From assembly GCA_946186925.1 (NCBI GenBank), contig CAMHPA010000008.1, positions 6,028 through 70,027 of the forward strand: a DNA stretch of 64,000 nucleotides, in the 5' to 3' direction. The translations under genes and the position numbers were made by a program. Every line of letters starts with the position of its first letter. The first letter of the stretch is position 1. Positions 29,401 to 37,639 of the stretch are shown here, in pieces. Origin of the DNA: an uncultured Bacteroidota bacterium. Its GTDB lineage: Bacteria; Bacteroidota; Bacteroidia; Bacteroidales; SZUA-534. Under the pieces are notes generated by a model. That model searched no databases and was not told where the DNA came from. It worked only from the letters and a program-made list of their open reading frames with translations.

Positions 29401-29551
29401 TAATAACCACGTTTGCTCCCGGAATGGGATTTTGCTCCTCGTCGATAACCGTACCCTTAACTTCATGTTGTTGGGCAAAAGCTCCGACGGATAGCAGCAT
29501 CATCGACAGTGCGAGCACTGCGTTTTTCCATAATAGATGCTTTTTCATCAT
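26405..29551 (-). CDS. susC: SusC/RagA TonB-dependent transporter
   Basis: N-terminal extension, DEIVVVGYGTQKK, IEVLKDAASAAIYGAQAGNGVVLITTK, terminal GVNLTF. Confidence 0.95.
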   Translation of the reverse strand: MMKKHLLWKNAVLALSMMLLSVGAFAQQHEVKGTVIDEEQNPIPGANVVIKGTTTGTITSGNGEFKMNAADGDVLQITYVGYVTEEITVNGNGPYNVNLVPDLVGLDEIVVVGYGTQKKSDLTGAVASVRGEDLANRATSDAAQALQGKAAGVQIITSSGAPGAGAEIRVRGVSSNSGSLGPLMIVDGLKVDNIQYLDPEMIESIEVLKDAASAAIYGAQAGNGVVLITTKKGKNGGNDGTIFYNGQWQRSSLSRELKVMNAEQYIDFGNKMGFLKKGWEETTNYDGADIKWSDEVFEPTWSQRHTVGFQGGNERGSYFAAINHVNMNGIFKGDRDVYKRLSFQVNADYKIKKWLTVGTNNSIEKWRTESISQQSDNGSALLAAITSDPLFGPYVDPDKLDEQLTGDQKAAIESGLAEGEDGYKAVLGDGERYYRISPISGQTQSSNPFIQRDRSQGYRQGITVRGQASLNFKPIDGFVFTSRLGYRLGFSNTHNYEVPFVANEFVYRNEYLIRSEASTNFYYQWENFINYDKTFADVHNIGVMAGMSWESTHSDNAWGQATGKDILKGYAENFRYLDFLKSGDDVLKSTGGVENDTKSLSYFGRLTYSFDNRYSLQANFRADAYDSSKLGKDNRWGKFPSFSAGWTLSNESFIADNISTDILSFLKLRASWGRNGNINVLRNYPYAAVINSNNDWYQYDSDFALYYGSQPNGLANPSLVWEESEQIDLGMDARFLNGRLTLGVDWYKKTTNGLLISITPLLETGVSSTMANAGEVLNRGLEIELGWKDKIGDFNYSINANMATLHNELTYLDPTVDKLPGTSLQGSSITTECVVGQPLWHFLGFKIDGLDEEGYPIFSDLNGDGKFEPNESDMTDLGCGLPKLNYGITINMDYKGFDLVVFGTGVSGNKILPQAWRTDRPYCNNYSYFYENAYDPETNPGGKFPIISKKGWQKNTFSSDLSMFSGAFFKIKQIQLGYSLPKDLLSKVYISRLRVFASLENYFTFTKYPGLDPEASNANVNGVTSSLGIDMGTYPTAKQVIFGVNLTF

Positions 29552-29733
29552 ACAAAAGTTTTTGTTAATTATTAAATAGATTAGTCACCATCTGACGAAC
29601 TCTTGGAATCCGCCAGTTTACTTATGTTTTCTATGTTATTTGCGCGTAGCAATCCGCTTGATTTTTCGAATTACGAATTTCCGAATTGCCCATAAACTAC
29701 GTGGTATAAACGTGTTTCAATTTTTTTTGTTTT

Positions 29734-29796
29734 TGTAACATCTTTTATTCCCGCTGTTACAATATTTTTTAAAAACATAACATATTTCTATGTTAT
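29734..29796. promoter_or_regulatory. Candidate regulator sites in the susC/HTCS divergent region
   Basis: TGTAACA (29734) and TGTTACA (29755) 21 bp apart; palindrome ATAACATA-tttc-TATGTTAT at 29777-29796. Confidence 0.4.
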
Positions 29797-30014
29797 TTTT
29801 TTGTAATTTAGACAAATAAAATTTTTTAATTGTACTATTTATATTTATTTTTGGGGCGACATTGAATGATGTGGGCACAAAAGTGGCTTAAAACAAAGAA
29901 CTGCAGTCTGTTTCATGGCTGTTTTGGCTGAATTTGGCATCACAATTGCACAAAACAGGCCAGTTCGCGGTTGAATGTCGAGTTTGTGCGGCATACCATA
30001 ATTTTATATGAAGT

Positions 30015-33000
30015 ATGAGAACGTTTTTTGTGACTTTATTGGCAGTTGTATCATGCTGTATTGCAGATGTTAAAGCTAATGGCTGCCTGGTGTTTTCGTC
30101 GGGTCATGAACTGCCGTCGAGCATGGTGAATCAAGTGATTCAAGACAGCGACGGTGTTGTGTGGATAGCTACCGAAGATGGTCTTACAAGGTTCGACGGA
30201 GCCGATTTTGTTACATTCAAAAAGGACGAAACTGACACAACAGCGTTACAAAACAGTTATGTGAAGATAGTCTATGAAATTCGTGATGGCCAATTTTTGG
30301 TCGGGACACTGTCAGGTTTGCAGCTGTATGACCATGCGACTCGCCAGTTCACAAACATCCCTGTTTATATTGAGGGAATGCGGTTCACTCAGGGTGTCAA
30401 TGTGTCGTGCATTGTGAGCGGAAACGACAGCTTGGTTATGGTGGGAACCTCCGGGCATGGAATATTTGTGCTCAAAACGCACAACGGTAGTCTGTCGCTG
30501 GTTCAGGATTCGGAGCTGCTGCCCAATTGCTTCTACATCGACAAGCTGATGGTTGATAGTCATAGAAATCTGTGGGTTGCAACACTTGACCGCGGAGTTT
30601 TTGTTCTCGACCGTGGCCGCAGTATTATCAGGAATCACACTTTTGATAGCAATGAGTCGTGTTTCTCATTGTTCGAGGCTGCTGATGGCACGGTTTATAT
30701 GGGCACTTCGTATGGCAATCTCCTTAAATATGACGTGAATACGGGACTGTCGCAAGTGGTGGTTCCGTACCAGCGGTTGCGTAGCGCTATTATGGATATA
30801 TGTGCCGACGGTCCGGACGAGCTTATGCTCGGTACTGATGGCGACGGTCTCAAACGTTTCAATACATTGACGGGCGAGTTGACTGATTATAATATGAGTC
30901 TGCCCGGATTGAACAGCCAGAAACTGAAGGTGCATTCTATAATGCGCGACAATCGTAACAATTTGTGGCTTGGATGCTTCCAGCAAGGTGTGGTGATGGA
31001 GCCTGCAGCTGAAAACGAGTTTGTTTTTGTCGGAAGCATGTCGTCAGTGGCAAACACCATCGGATCAAGCTGTGTGATGTCTGTCACTTGTGATGGCGAC
31101 AATATTTGGGTTGGAACCGACAACGACGGCATATATCTGCTGAACTGTGATTTCTCGCTGAAAAAACACTATGAACCGCAATTATCGTCTGGAGCAATGC
31201 CGCGCACAACGCTTTGTATATATCGCGACTCGCAGCGCAATGTCTGGTTCGGCTCGTATCTGGGTGGGCTGTTTCGGTTGGATGCGGCCACTGGCCGGTG
31301 TGCCCCAGTACATTTTGAGGGCTTCGACAATGTCGGTCAGGCAACTAGTGTGTACTGCATGGTTGAGGATCAGAAGCATAATTTGTGGTTTTCTGTTTCC
31401 GGCTTCGGTCTTTGCCGAATCAACACTCGCACTCTTGAGCAGAAAATGTACCGTGCTGTTCCAAGTGAAGTTGGTTATTCGGCTTCGGCCAACCAGCTTC
31501 CACATTCGTGGATCAACGCATTGCTGTTGATTGATAATAAGTTGTATTTCGGGGGATATGGTGGTTTCGGCTGCCTTGATATTGATACTGATGATTTTAT
31601 ATCAGTTTTGGGTTGCAACAGTCTGCTTAACGGCGAGGTTGTGTATGATCTTCATGAGGATGATGACCATCGGATATGGATAGGCACTGCCAACGGCTTG
31701 TTTTGCTTCGATCCGCGAACGCAGGATTTTGATAAATACACCATTGCCAACGGATTGCCAAGCAATTCAATTTCGTCAATCGAGAGTGATCGCGACGGAA
31801 ATTTATGGATAAGTACCAATAGTGGAATATCCTGCCTCGACAGACAGAATTATTCGTTCTCAAACTATTACGCTTCCGATGGGCTGCAATGCAATGAGTT
31901 CAGCAAGTCGGCATCGAGTGTCAATGCTGATGGAATGCTCTTTTTTGGCGGCATAAACGGATTCATTTGTTTCCAGCCGCAGAAAATCAAGAAACACTAT
32001 TCAATACCATGCATCAGACTGACTAATTTCTACATAAACAACAAGGCGGTAGCCAAAGGTATGCTGTCGGGTGGGCGGCCCATTATCGACGATGACATAT
32101 CAAAGGCGGAGAAAGTCTGCTTGTCGCATTCCGACAATTCGTTCAGCATTGAGTTCACTGCTATGGAATTCGCTAATCCGGAGCGAATCAGTTATTTGTA
32201 TAATATGGATGGCGAGGGTTGGGTATATCTGTATCACGGGGCCAACAAGGTATCGTTCAGCAACATGAAACCCGGCAAATATGAGTTCTGCGTCAAGGCT
32301 GTCGATGCCAATTCGTTCTCGAAAACCCGCCGGTTGATGATTCACATTGCGGCACCCTGGTATGCAACTGATGTGGCATATATTATTTATGTGCTGATAA
32401 TAGTGGCGTCGATTGTATTGCTTTGGCGGCATATGCGTCGCAACCACGAATTGAGGATGAAGGTGATGGAGCATAAGCACGCCGAGGATATCAACGAGGC
32501 CAAATTGCAGTTTTTCATAAACATATCGCATGAAATTCGCACGCCAATGTCGTTGATTATCGGACCATTGCAAAAACTGATCTGCTCCGATTCCGATCCT
32601 GAGCGTCAGCGCACCTACAATACTATTCGGCGCAATGCTGAGCGTATTCTCGGTCTCATAAACCAACTGATGGACATAAGGAAGATTGACAAAGGTCAGA
32701 TGCGACTCTATTTCACAGAAACGGATATAGTGAAATTGGTGCGAGACGCTTGCGCTAACTTTGAGTATCAGGCCGATTTGCAAGGAATAAACCTGAAATT
32801 TGAACCAGACAAGTCAACGATAAAGGCTTGGGTCGACGCCGGAAATTTCGACAAGATAATTGTGAATATTCTCTCCAACGCATTCAAATATACACCGCGT
32901 GACGGGTCGGTAATTGTTAAAATGGCGGTGGAGCAGGGCAGATCGGCCGACAAGGCTAATGCAGAAGGCTATGTCGTGATTGACGTTGAGGACAGTGGTT

Positions 33001-34124
33001 CGGGCATCAATCCCGACGATCTGAATCGTATATTCGAACGATTCTATCAGTCGCAGGGCGCGAAGCTGGTGTCGGGAACAGGTGTCGGACTGCATCTTAC
33101 AAAATCACTGGTTGAGTTGCACCACGGAACAATAGAGGCAGCTAACAATGTTGGTAAGGCCGGATGCCATTTTACTGTCAGATTGCCGCTGGGCTCAAAG
33201 CATTTGACCAAAGAGGAGATGCTGGCAGTGAGCGCAGGCGGGGCGGAAAATAAAGTTGACGATATGCAACTAATTGGAACCCAGTTTGTTGATAATGGTG
33301 TGGATGCGTCAAAACGGTCGAAAACAAAGTATCGTGTACTGGTAGTTGAGGACGACGATGAGATACGTAAGTATATAGTGGAGGAGCTGTCGGCCGATTT
33401 TCATGTCAAGGATTGCGCCAACGGTGCCGACGCACTCGACATTGTCTTGCGCAGCGCCCCCGATATTGTCGTCAGCGATGTGATGATGCCTATAATGGAT
33501 GGCAAGACATTATGCCAAAAAATAAAGCAGAACATCACAGTCAATCATCTGCCGGTAATTCTGCTCACTTCACTCACGGCCGAGAACGATAAGATAGAGG
33601 GGCTTGACGTGGGTGCGGACGCTTATCTTACCAAACCATTCAATATTGAGGTTTTGAGGCACACAATCCAGAACCTTTTGCGGAGCCGCGCCACGTTGAA
33701 GAATACCTTCCAAGGCAATCAGACGCAGGGGGCTAATGTGAAGAAACTTGAAGTCAGTTCGCCCGACGACCGGCTTATGCGACGGGTTATGGCCATGATA
33801 AACAAAAATATCGGGAATCAGGATTTGAGTGTTGAAATGATTGCAAACACCGTGGGTATCAGCCGTGTGCATCTTCACCGTAAGCTGCGTGAGATAACCA
33901 ACCAGTCAGCGCGCGACTTTATACGCAACGTGCGTTTACAACAGGCCGCCACATTGCTTGCAGAGAAGCATCACAGCGTTTCTGAGATTGCCGAAATAGT
34001 CGGTTTCTCCAGCACATCACATTTTTCTGTCGCTTTTAAAGATCTGTACGGATTGACGCCAAGCGAATATATGGAGAAAAACAAAGGGGAACGCGAGAAT
34101 AGCAATTTGCCGGGAGCCGATTGA
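30015..34124 (+). CDS. Hybrid two-component system (beta-propeller/Y_Y_Y sensor, HisKA, HATPase, REC, AraC HTH)
   Basis: WIATEDGL repeats, TM helix, FFINISHEIRTPMSLI, NILSNAFKYT, GTGVGL, VLVVEDD, SDVMMP, YLTKPF, AraC-type C-terminus. Confidence 0.96.
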   Translation: MRTFFVTLLAVVSCCIADVKANGCLVFSSGHELPSSMVNQVIQDSDGVVWIATEDGLTRFDGADFVTFKKDETDTTALQNSYVKIVYEIRDGQFLVGTLSGLQLYDHATRQFTNIPVYIEGMRFTQGVNVSCIVSGNDSLVMVGTSGHGIFVLKTHNGSLSLVQDSELLPNCFYIDKLMVDSHRNLWVATLDRGVFVLDRGRSIIRNHTFDSNESCFSLFEAADGTVYMGTSYGNLLKYDVNTGLSQVVVPYQRLRSAIMDICADGPDELMLGTDGDGLKRFNTLTGELTDYNMSLPGLNSQKLKVHSIMRDNRNNLWLGCFQQGVVMEPAAENEFVFVGSMSSVANTIGSSCVMSVTCDGDNIWVGTDNDGIYLLNCDFSLKKHYEPQLSSGAMPRTTLCIYRDSQRNVWFGSYLGGLFRLDAATGRCAPVHFEGFDNVGQATSVYCMVEDQKHNLWFSVSGFGLCRINTRTLEQKMYRAVPSEVGYSASANQLPHSWINALLLIDNKLYFGGYGGFGCLDIDTDDFISVLGCNSLLNGEVVYDLHEDDDHRIWIGTANGLFCFDPRTQDFDKYTIANGLPSNSISSIESDRDGNLWISTNSGISCLDRQNYSFSNYYASDGLQCNEFSKSASSVNADGMLFFGGINGFICFQPQKIKKHYSIPCIRLTNFYINNKAVAKGMLSGGRPIIDDDISKAEKVCLSHSDNSFSIEFTAMEFANPERISYLYNMDGEGWVYLYHGANKVSFSNMKPGKYEFCVKAVDANSFSKTRRLMIHIAAPWYATDVAYIIYVLIIVASIVLLWRHMRRNHELRMKVMEHKHAEDINEAKLQFFINISHEIRTPMSLIIGPLQKLICSDSDPERQRTYNTIRRNAERILGLINQLMDIRKIDKGQMRLYFTETDIVKLVRDACANFEYQADLQGINLKFEPDKSTIKAWVDAGNFDKIIVNILSNAFKYTPRDGSVIVKMAVEQGRSADKANAEGYVVIDVEDSGSGINPDDLNRIFERFYQSQGAKLVSGTGVGLHLTKSLVELHHGTIEAANNVGKAGCHFTVRLPLGSKHLTKEEMLAVSAGGAENKVDDMQLIGTQFVDNGVDASKRSKTKYRVLVVEDDDEIRKYIVEELSADFHVKDCANGADALDIVLRSAPDIVVSDVMMPIMDGKTLCQKIKQNITVNHLPVILLTSLTAENDKIEGLDVGADAYLTKPFNIEVLRHTIQNLLRSRATLKNTFQGNQTQGANVKKLEVSSPDDRLMRRVMAMINKNIGNQDLSVEMIANTVGISRVHLHRKLREITNQSARDFIRNVRLQQAATLLAEKHHSVSEIAEIVGFSSTSHFSVAFKDLYGLTPSEYMEKNKGERENSNLPGAD

Positions 34125-34200
34125 ACGGCGTTTTGTCGATAGATTTTGCGCTTTTGTTGATTGCCCAAATGATGGTTTTTTACCATTGTTTGGGCTTTTA

Positions 34201-34297
34201 TGTTACATATTGTTCGGTTTGATTGTCAAATATTTGATCGTATTTGATGTTACATGGACGAAACTTGAAATGATACAGTTCAGGAATAATTGTAACA
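34201..34297 (+). promoter_or_regulatory. Cluster of TGWWACA boxes upstream of the first xus-like cassette
   Basis: TGTTACA 34201, TGTTACA 34248, TGATACA 34271, TGTAACA 34291. Confidence 0.4.
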
Positions 34298-34438
34298 TTT
34301 ACTAAATAATATGTGTCAGCCCGCGACCTAGTGCAAAACAAACTTTTTTCATCTTTGGGACGTTAAAAAAAGCCGCATTGCTGGGGCTGTGCGGCGGAAA
34401 GCGACTATAAACATTTAATAACCAAACTTTATTAAAAA

Positions 34439-37400
34439 ATGAGTAAACATCGACTATGGAGATTGGCGGTTGCGATACTGCCAATGATGTTGCTGTCATT
34501 CAGTGTTTTTGCCCAAAAACATCAAGTCACGGGTAAGATCTTGGATGAAGAGCAAATGCCTATTCCTGGTGTCAACGTTGTTATTAAAGGTACAACGACT
34601 GGTACAATTACAGGAGGCGACGGAACTTTCAGCATGCAGGCCGCTGATGGTGATGTGTTGGTTATAACCTACATTGGTTATAATACAGAAGAAGTTAAAG
34701 TTAATGGCACTGCCCCGATTAACCTCTCTTTGATACAAGACGTGGTGGGCTTGAGCGAGGTTGTGATTGTGGGTTACGGCCAGCAGAAGAAGGCCTCGGT
34801 TGTGGGTGCAATCGCACAAACAACGGGTGCAACTCTGCAACGTGCAGCTGGTGTGACAAACATCGGCTCCGCCTTGACTGGTAACTTGCCTGGCGTCATT
34901 ACATTGGAAAGTACCGGTGAGCCTGGATCAGAGCTGGATGTGGATGATGAGGAAGCTAAAACTACAGCCAAACAGAAAATCAGAATTCGTGGTACAAGCA
35001 CATGGAACGACAGCGATCCGTTGGTGCTGGTTGACGGTATCGAGCGTAAGATGAGCTCAGTCGACGTCACTTCAGTTGAGAGCATCTCGGTTCTGAAAGA
35101 CGCATCGGCAACGGCCATTTATGGTGTGAAAGGCGCCAACGGTGTCATCCTTATTACAACCAAACGTGGTGAGGAGGGCAAGGCTCGCATCGACGCCGGA
35201 TTCACAACAACATTGAAGAACGTTTCGAAGTTGCCTAACAAACTGGATTCGTACGATGCTTTGATGGCACGTAACAAAACAATTGAGATGGAGTTGCCTG
35301 TGACTGACAAAGAGTCGTGGGAATACATCACACCGCAGGAGACTATCGAGAAATACCGTCCTGAGCCAGGAGCTGTTGATGAGTACGGCAATTTGTTGTC
35401 GGAACGTTATCCTAACATCGATTGGCAGGATGAGCTGTTCAAACATAACGCTCTTTCTTACAATGCCAACCTGAGCGTAAGTGGTGGTACTAAAGTCGTA
35501 AGATATTACGGATCGGCCGACTATGTATATGAGAGCGACTTGATGAAAATCCCCGATAACAAGCGCGGATATAATTCGGGTTACGGATACCAGCGTGTGA
35601 ATGCGCGTAGTAACTTGGACTTTAACTTAACACCAACCACCGTGTTTAAAATGAATATTGCAGGTTCGCTTGCAATTAAGAAGGCGCCAAGTGAGAATGC
35701 CGGTAACCAGTGGGAGGAGGCTCAGCGTTGGGCAGGTGCGTACAACATCGGCCCTGATGTGTTTGTACCCAAATATGCCGACGGATCGTGGGGCTTCTAT
35801 CCTGCCGACCAGAACAACGCCCGAAACTCACTGAAAACAACAGCTTTGGCTGGCGTTAAGAAATCTATGCAAAACACCATTACAACAGACTTCGTCTTGG
35901 AGCAGCGCCTCGATTTCTTATTGAAGGGCTTGAGCGCAAGAGGCAATCTGTCTATGGATAACCAATTCTCTGAGTCAGGCCGTGGTATTAACGACTCAGG
36001 CCGCGATGCTCAGGAAAAATGGATTGACCCGGCGACCGGAAGGGTGACTAATTCGAAAGATTTGGATAAAGTGTCAGGTTTCGATTTTGTTGAAGACCGT
36101 ACATGGAGCACAGGTAATGGCTCGATGGGAGGTGTGTTCAGAAGAATGTACTATCAGGCACAGTTGAACTGGGCGCGCGATATCGACGCACACAGCATTA
36201 CAGCAATGGGCTTGTTCTCGCGCAACAAACAGTCGAATGGTAATAGTATTCCAAGTTATCGTGAGGACTGGGCGTTCCGTACCACTTACAACTATGCCGG
36301 ACGTTACTTCCTGGAGTACAACGGCGCATACAACGGATCGGAGAAATTCGCCAAGGCAAACCGTTTCGCATTCTTCCATTCGGGCGCCATCGGCTGGATG
36401 CTATCTGAAGAGCAGTTCATGCTGTTCCTCAAGGAAAACCACTATATTGATATGTTGAAACTCCGTGCATCGTTGGGTGAGATTGGTAGCGATAACGCCG
36501 GCTCGTACTTGTATATGGATGAGTGGGAGTATGGCGGCAAAACCAAAACTACCATAGACGGAGGTCAGGAGAGTACATATACATGGTATCGTCAAACTAA
36601 GTTGGGTAACCCCGATGTTCACTGGGAGACAGTGCGCAAGTTCAATTTCGGTATTGATTACTCGTTGTTGCAAGGCTTGTTTGCCGGTAGTATCGAGATT
36701 TTCCGCGACAAACGCTATGACATCTTGATTGATGGTAAAGATCGTGCCATACCTTCATATTTCGGTACCAGCGTTCCGGTAACAAACATGGGTGAGGTTC
36801 ACGCAAAAGGTTATGAGATTGAGCTTCGCGTAAACAAGCAGTTCAATCGCAACACCCGCCTTTGGGGTAACTTCAATATAACCCACAACGAGAATAAGAT
36901 TATCGACCGTGATGACCCGAAACTGACGCCTGATTATCAGAAGAACGAAGGCTATGCTATCGGCCAGTACAGGTCACATATTGATGCCGGCTTCATTAAT
37001 AACATCGATGAATTGTATGGTAGTCCGTCATTTGAGGCAAATGATAGTTACCGTTTGCCGGGTAGCTACTACATTATTGATTTTAACGGTGACGGTGTGA
37101 TTGACAGTAAAGACCGTGCTCCTTATGGTTTCTCGGGTACACCTCAAAACACTTACAGCGCCACTTTAGGATTTGAGTGGAAAGGTTTCAGCTGCTTCGC
37201 ACAATTCTATGGCGTGCGCAACGTGACTCGCGACGTAGTGCTTCAGAGTTTCGGCATGAAACTGAATGCTGTTTACGACATGGGCGACATCTGGACGAAA
37301 AACAATCCGAATGCCGATATCACCCCGTATCGTTGGAGCACCGCACCTACCAGTAAGAATGGTGAGCAGTTTACTGAATACGGCACCCAATATTTGTTCG

Positions 37401-37627
37401 ACGGCGCTTATCTCCGTCTGAAAAATGTTGAGTTGGCATACTCATGGCGCGATGGTTGGATTAAGAACTTGGGTCTTTCGTACCTTAAAATATTTGTCAA
37501 TGGTAACAACTTGTGGTTGTGGACCAATATGCCTGATGACCGTGAGGCTAACTTCGGCGCCGGTGGTTATCTGGGAGCATATCCAACGGTTAAGCGTTTC
37601 AATTTAGGTCTTAAATTATCACTCTAA
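34439..37627 (+). CDS. susC: SusC-like TonB-dependent transporter (XusA-like, cassette 1)
   Basis: EVVIVGYGQQKKASVVGAI, SISVLKDASATAIYGVKGANGVILITTKRG, YNGSEKFA. Confidence 0.95.
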   Translation: MSKHRLWRLAVAILPMMLLSFSVFAQKHQVTGKILDEEQMPIPGVNVVIKGTTTGTITGGDGTFSMQAADGDVLVITYIGYNTEEVKVNGTAPINLSLIQDVVGLSEVVIVGYGQQKKASVVGAIAQTTGATLQRAAGVTNIGSALTGNLPGVITLESTGEPGSELDVDDEEAKTTAKQKIRIRGTSTWNDSDPLVLVDGIERKMSSVDVTSVESISVLKDASATAIYGVKGANGVILITTKRGEEGKARIDAGFTTTLKNVSKLPNKLDSYDALMARNKTIEMELPVTDKESWEYITPQETIEKYRPEPGAVDEYGNLLSERYPNIDWQDELFKHNALSYNANLSVSGGTKVVRYYGSADYVYESDLMKIPDNKRGYNSGYGYQRVNARSNLDFNLTPTTVFKMNIAGSLAIKKAPSENAGNQWEEAQRWAGAYNIGPDVFVPKYADGSWGFYPADQNNARNSLKTTALAGVKKSMQNTITTDFVLEQRLDFLLKGLSARGNLSMDNQFSESGRGINDSGRDAQEKWIDPATGRVTNSKDLDKVSGFDFVEDRTWSTGNGSMGGVFRRMYYQAQLNWARDIDAHSITAMGLFSRNKQSNGNSIPSYREDWAFRTTYNYAGRYFLEYNGAYNGSEKFAKANRFAFFHSGAIGWMLSEEQFMLFLKENHYIDMLKLRASLGEIGSDNAGSYLYMDEWEYGGKTKTTIDGGQESTYTWYRQTKLGNPDVHWETVRKFNFGIDYSLLQGLFAGSIEIFRDKRYDILIDGKDRAIPSYFGTSVPVTNMGEVHAKGYEIELRVNKQFNRNTRLWGNFNITHNENKIIDRDDPKLTPDYQKNEGYAIGQYRSHIDAGFINNIDELYGSPSFEANDSYRLPGSYYIIDFNGDGVIDSKDRAPYGFSGTPQNTYSATLGFEWKGFSCFAQFYGVRNVTRDVVLQSFGMKLNAVYDMGDIWTKNNPNADITPYRWSTAPTSKNGEQFTEYGTQYLFDGAYLRLKNVELAYSWRDGWIKNLGLSYLKIFVNGNNLWLWTNMPDDREANFGAGGYLGAYPTVKRFNLGLKLSL

Positions 37628-37639
37628 AAACTTAAGCAG

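Noticed and set aside
29631-29693. 20-aa minus-strand uORF (MGNSEIRNSKNQADCYAQIT) upstream of susC
   Set aside because: No counterpart in the other susC leaders, and it may start at or before the transcription start; an ORF this short can occur by chance.
29777-29796. Palindrome as a Bacteroides Crp-like (BT4338/Cur) site
   Set aside because: The half-sites are in the opposite order (AACATA..TATGTT) to the motif as I recall it; left unassigned.
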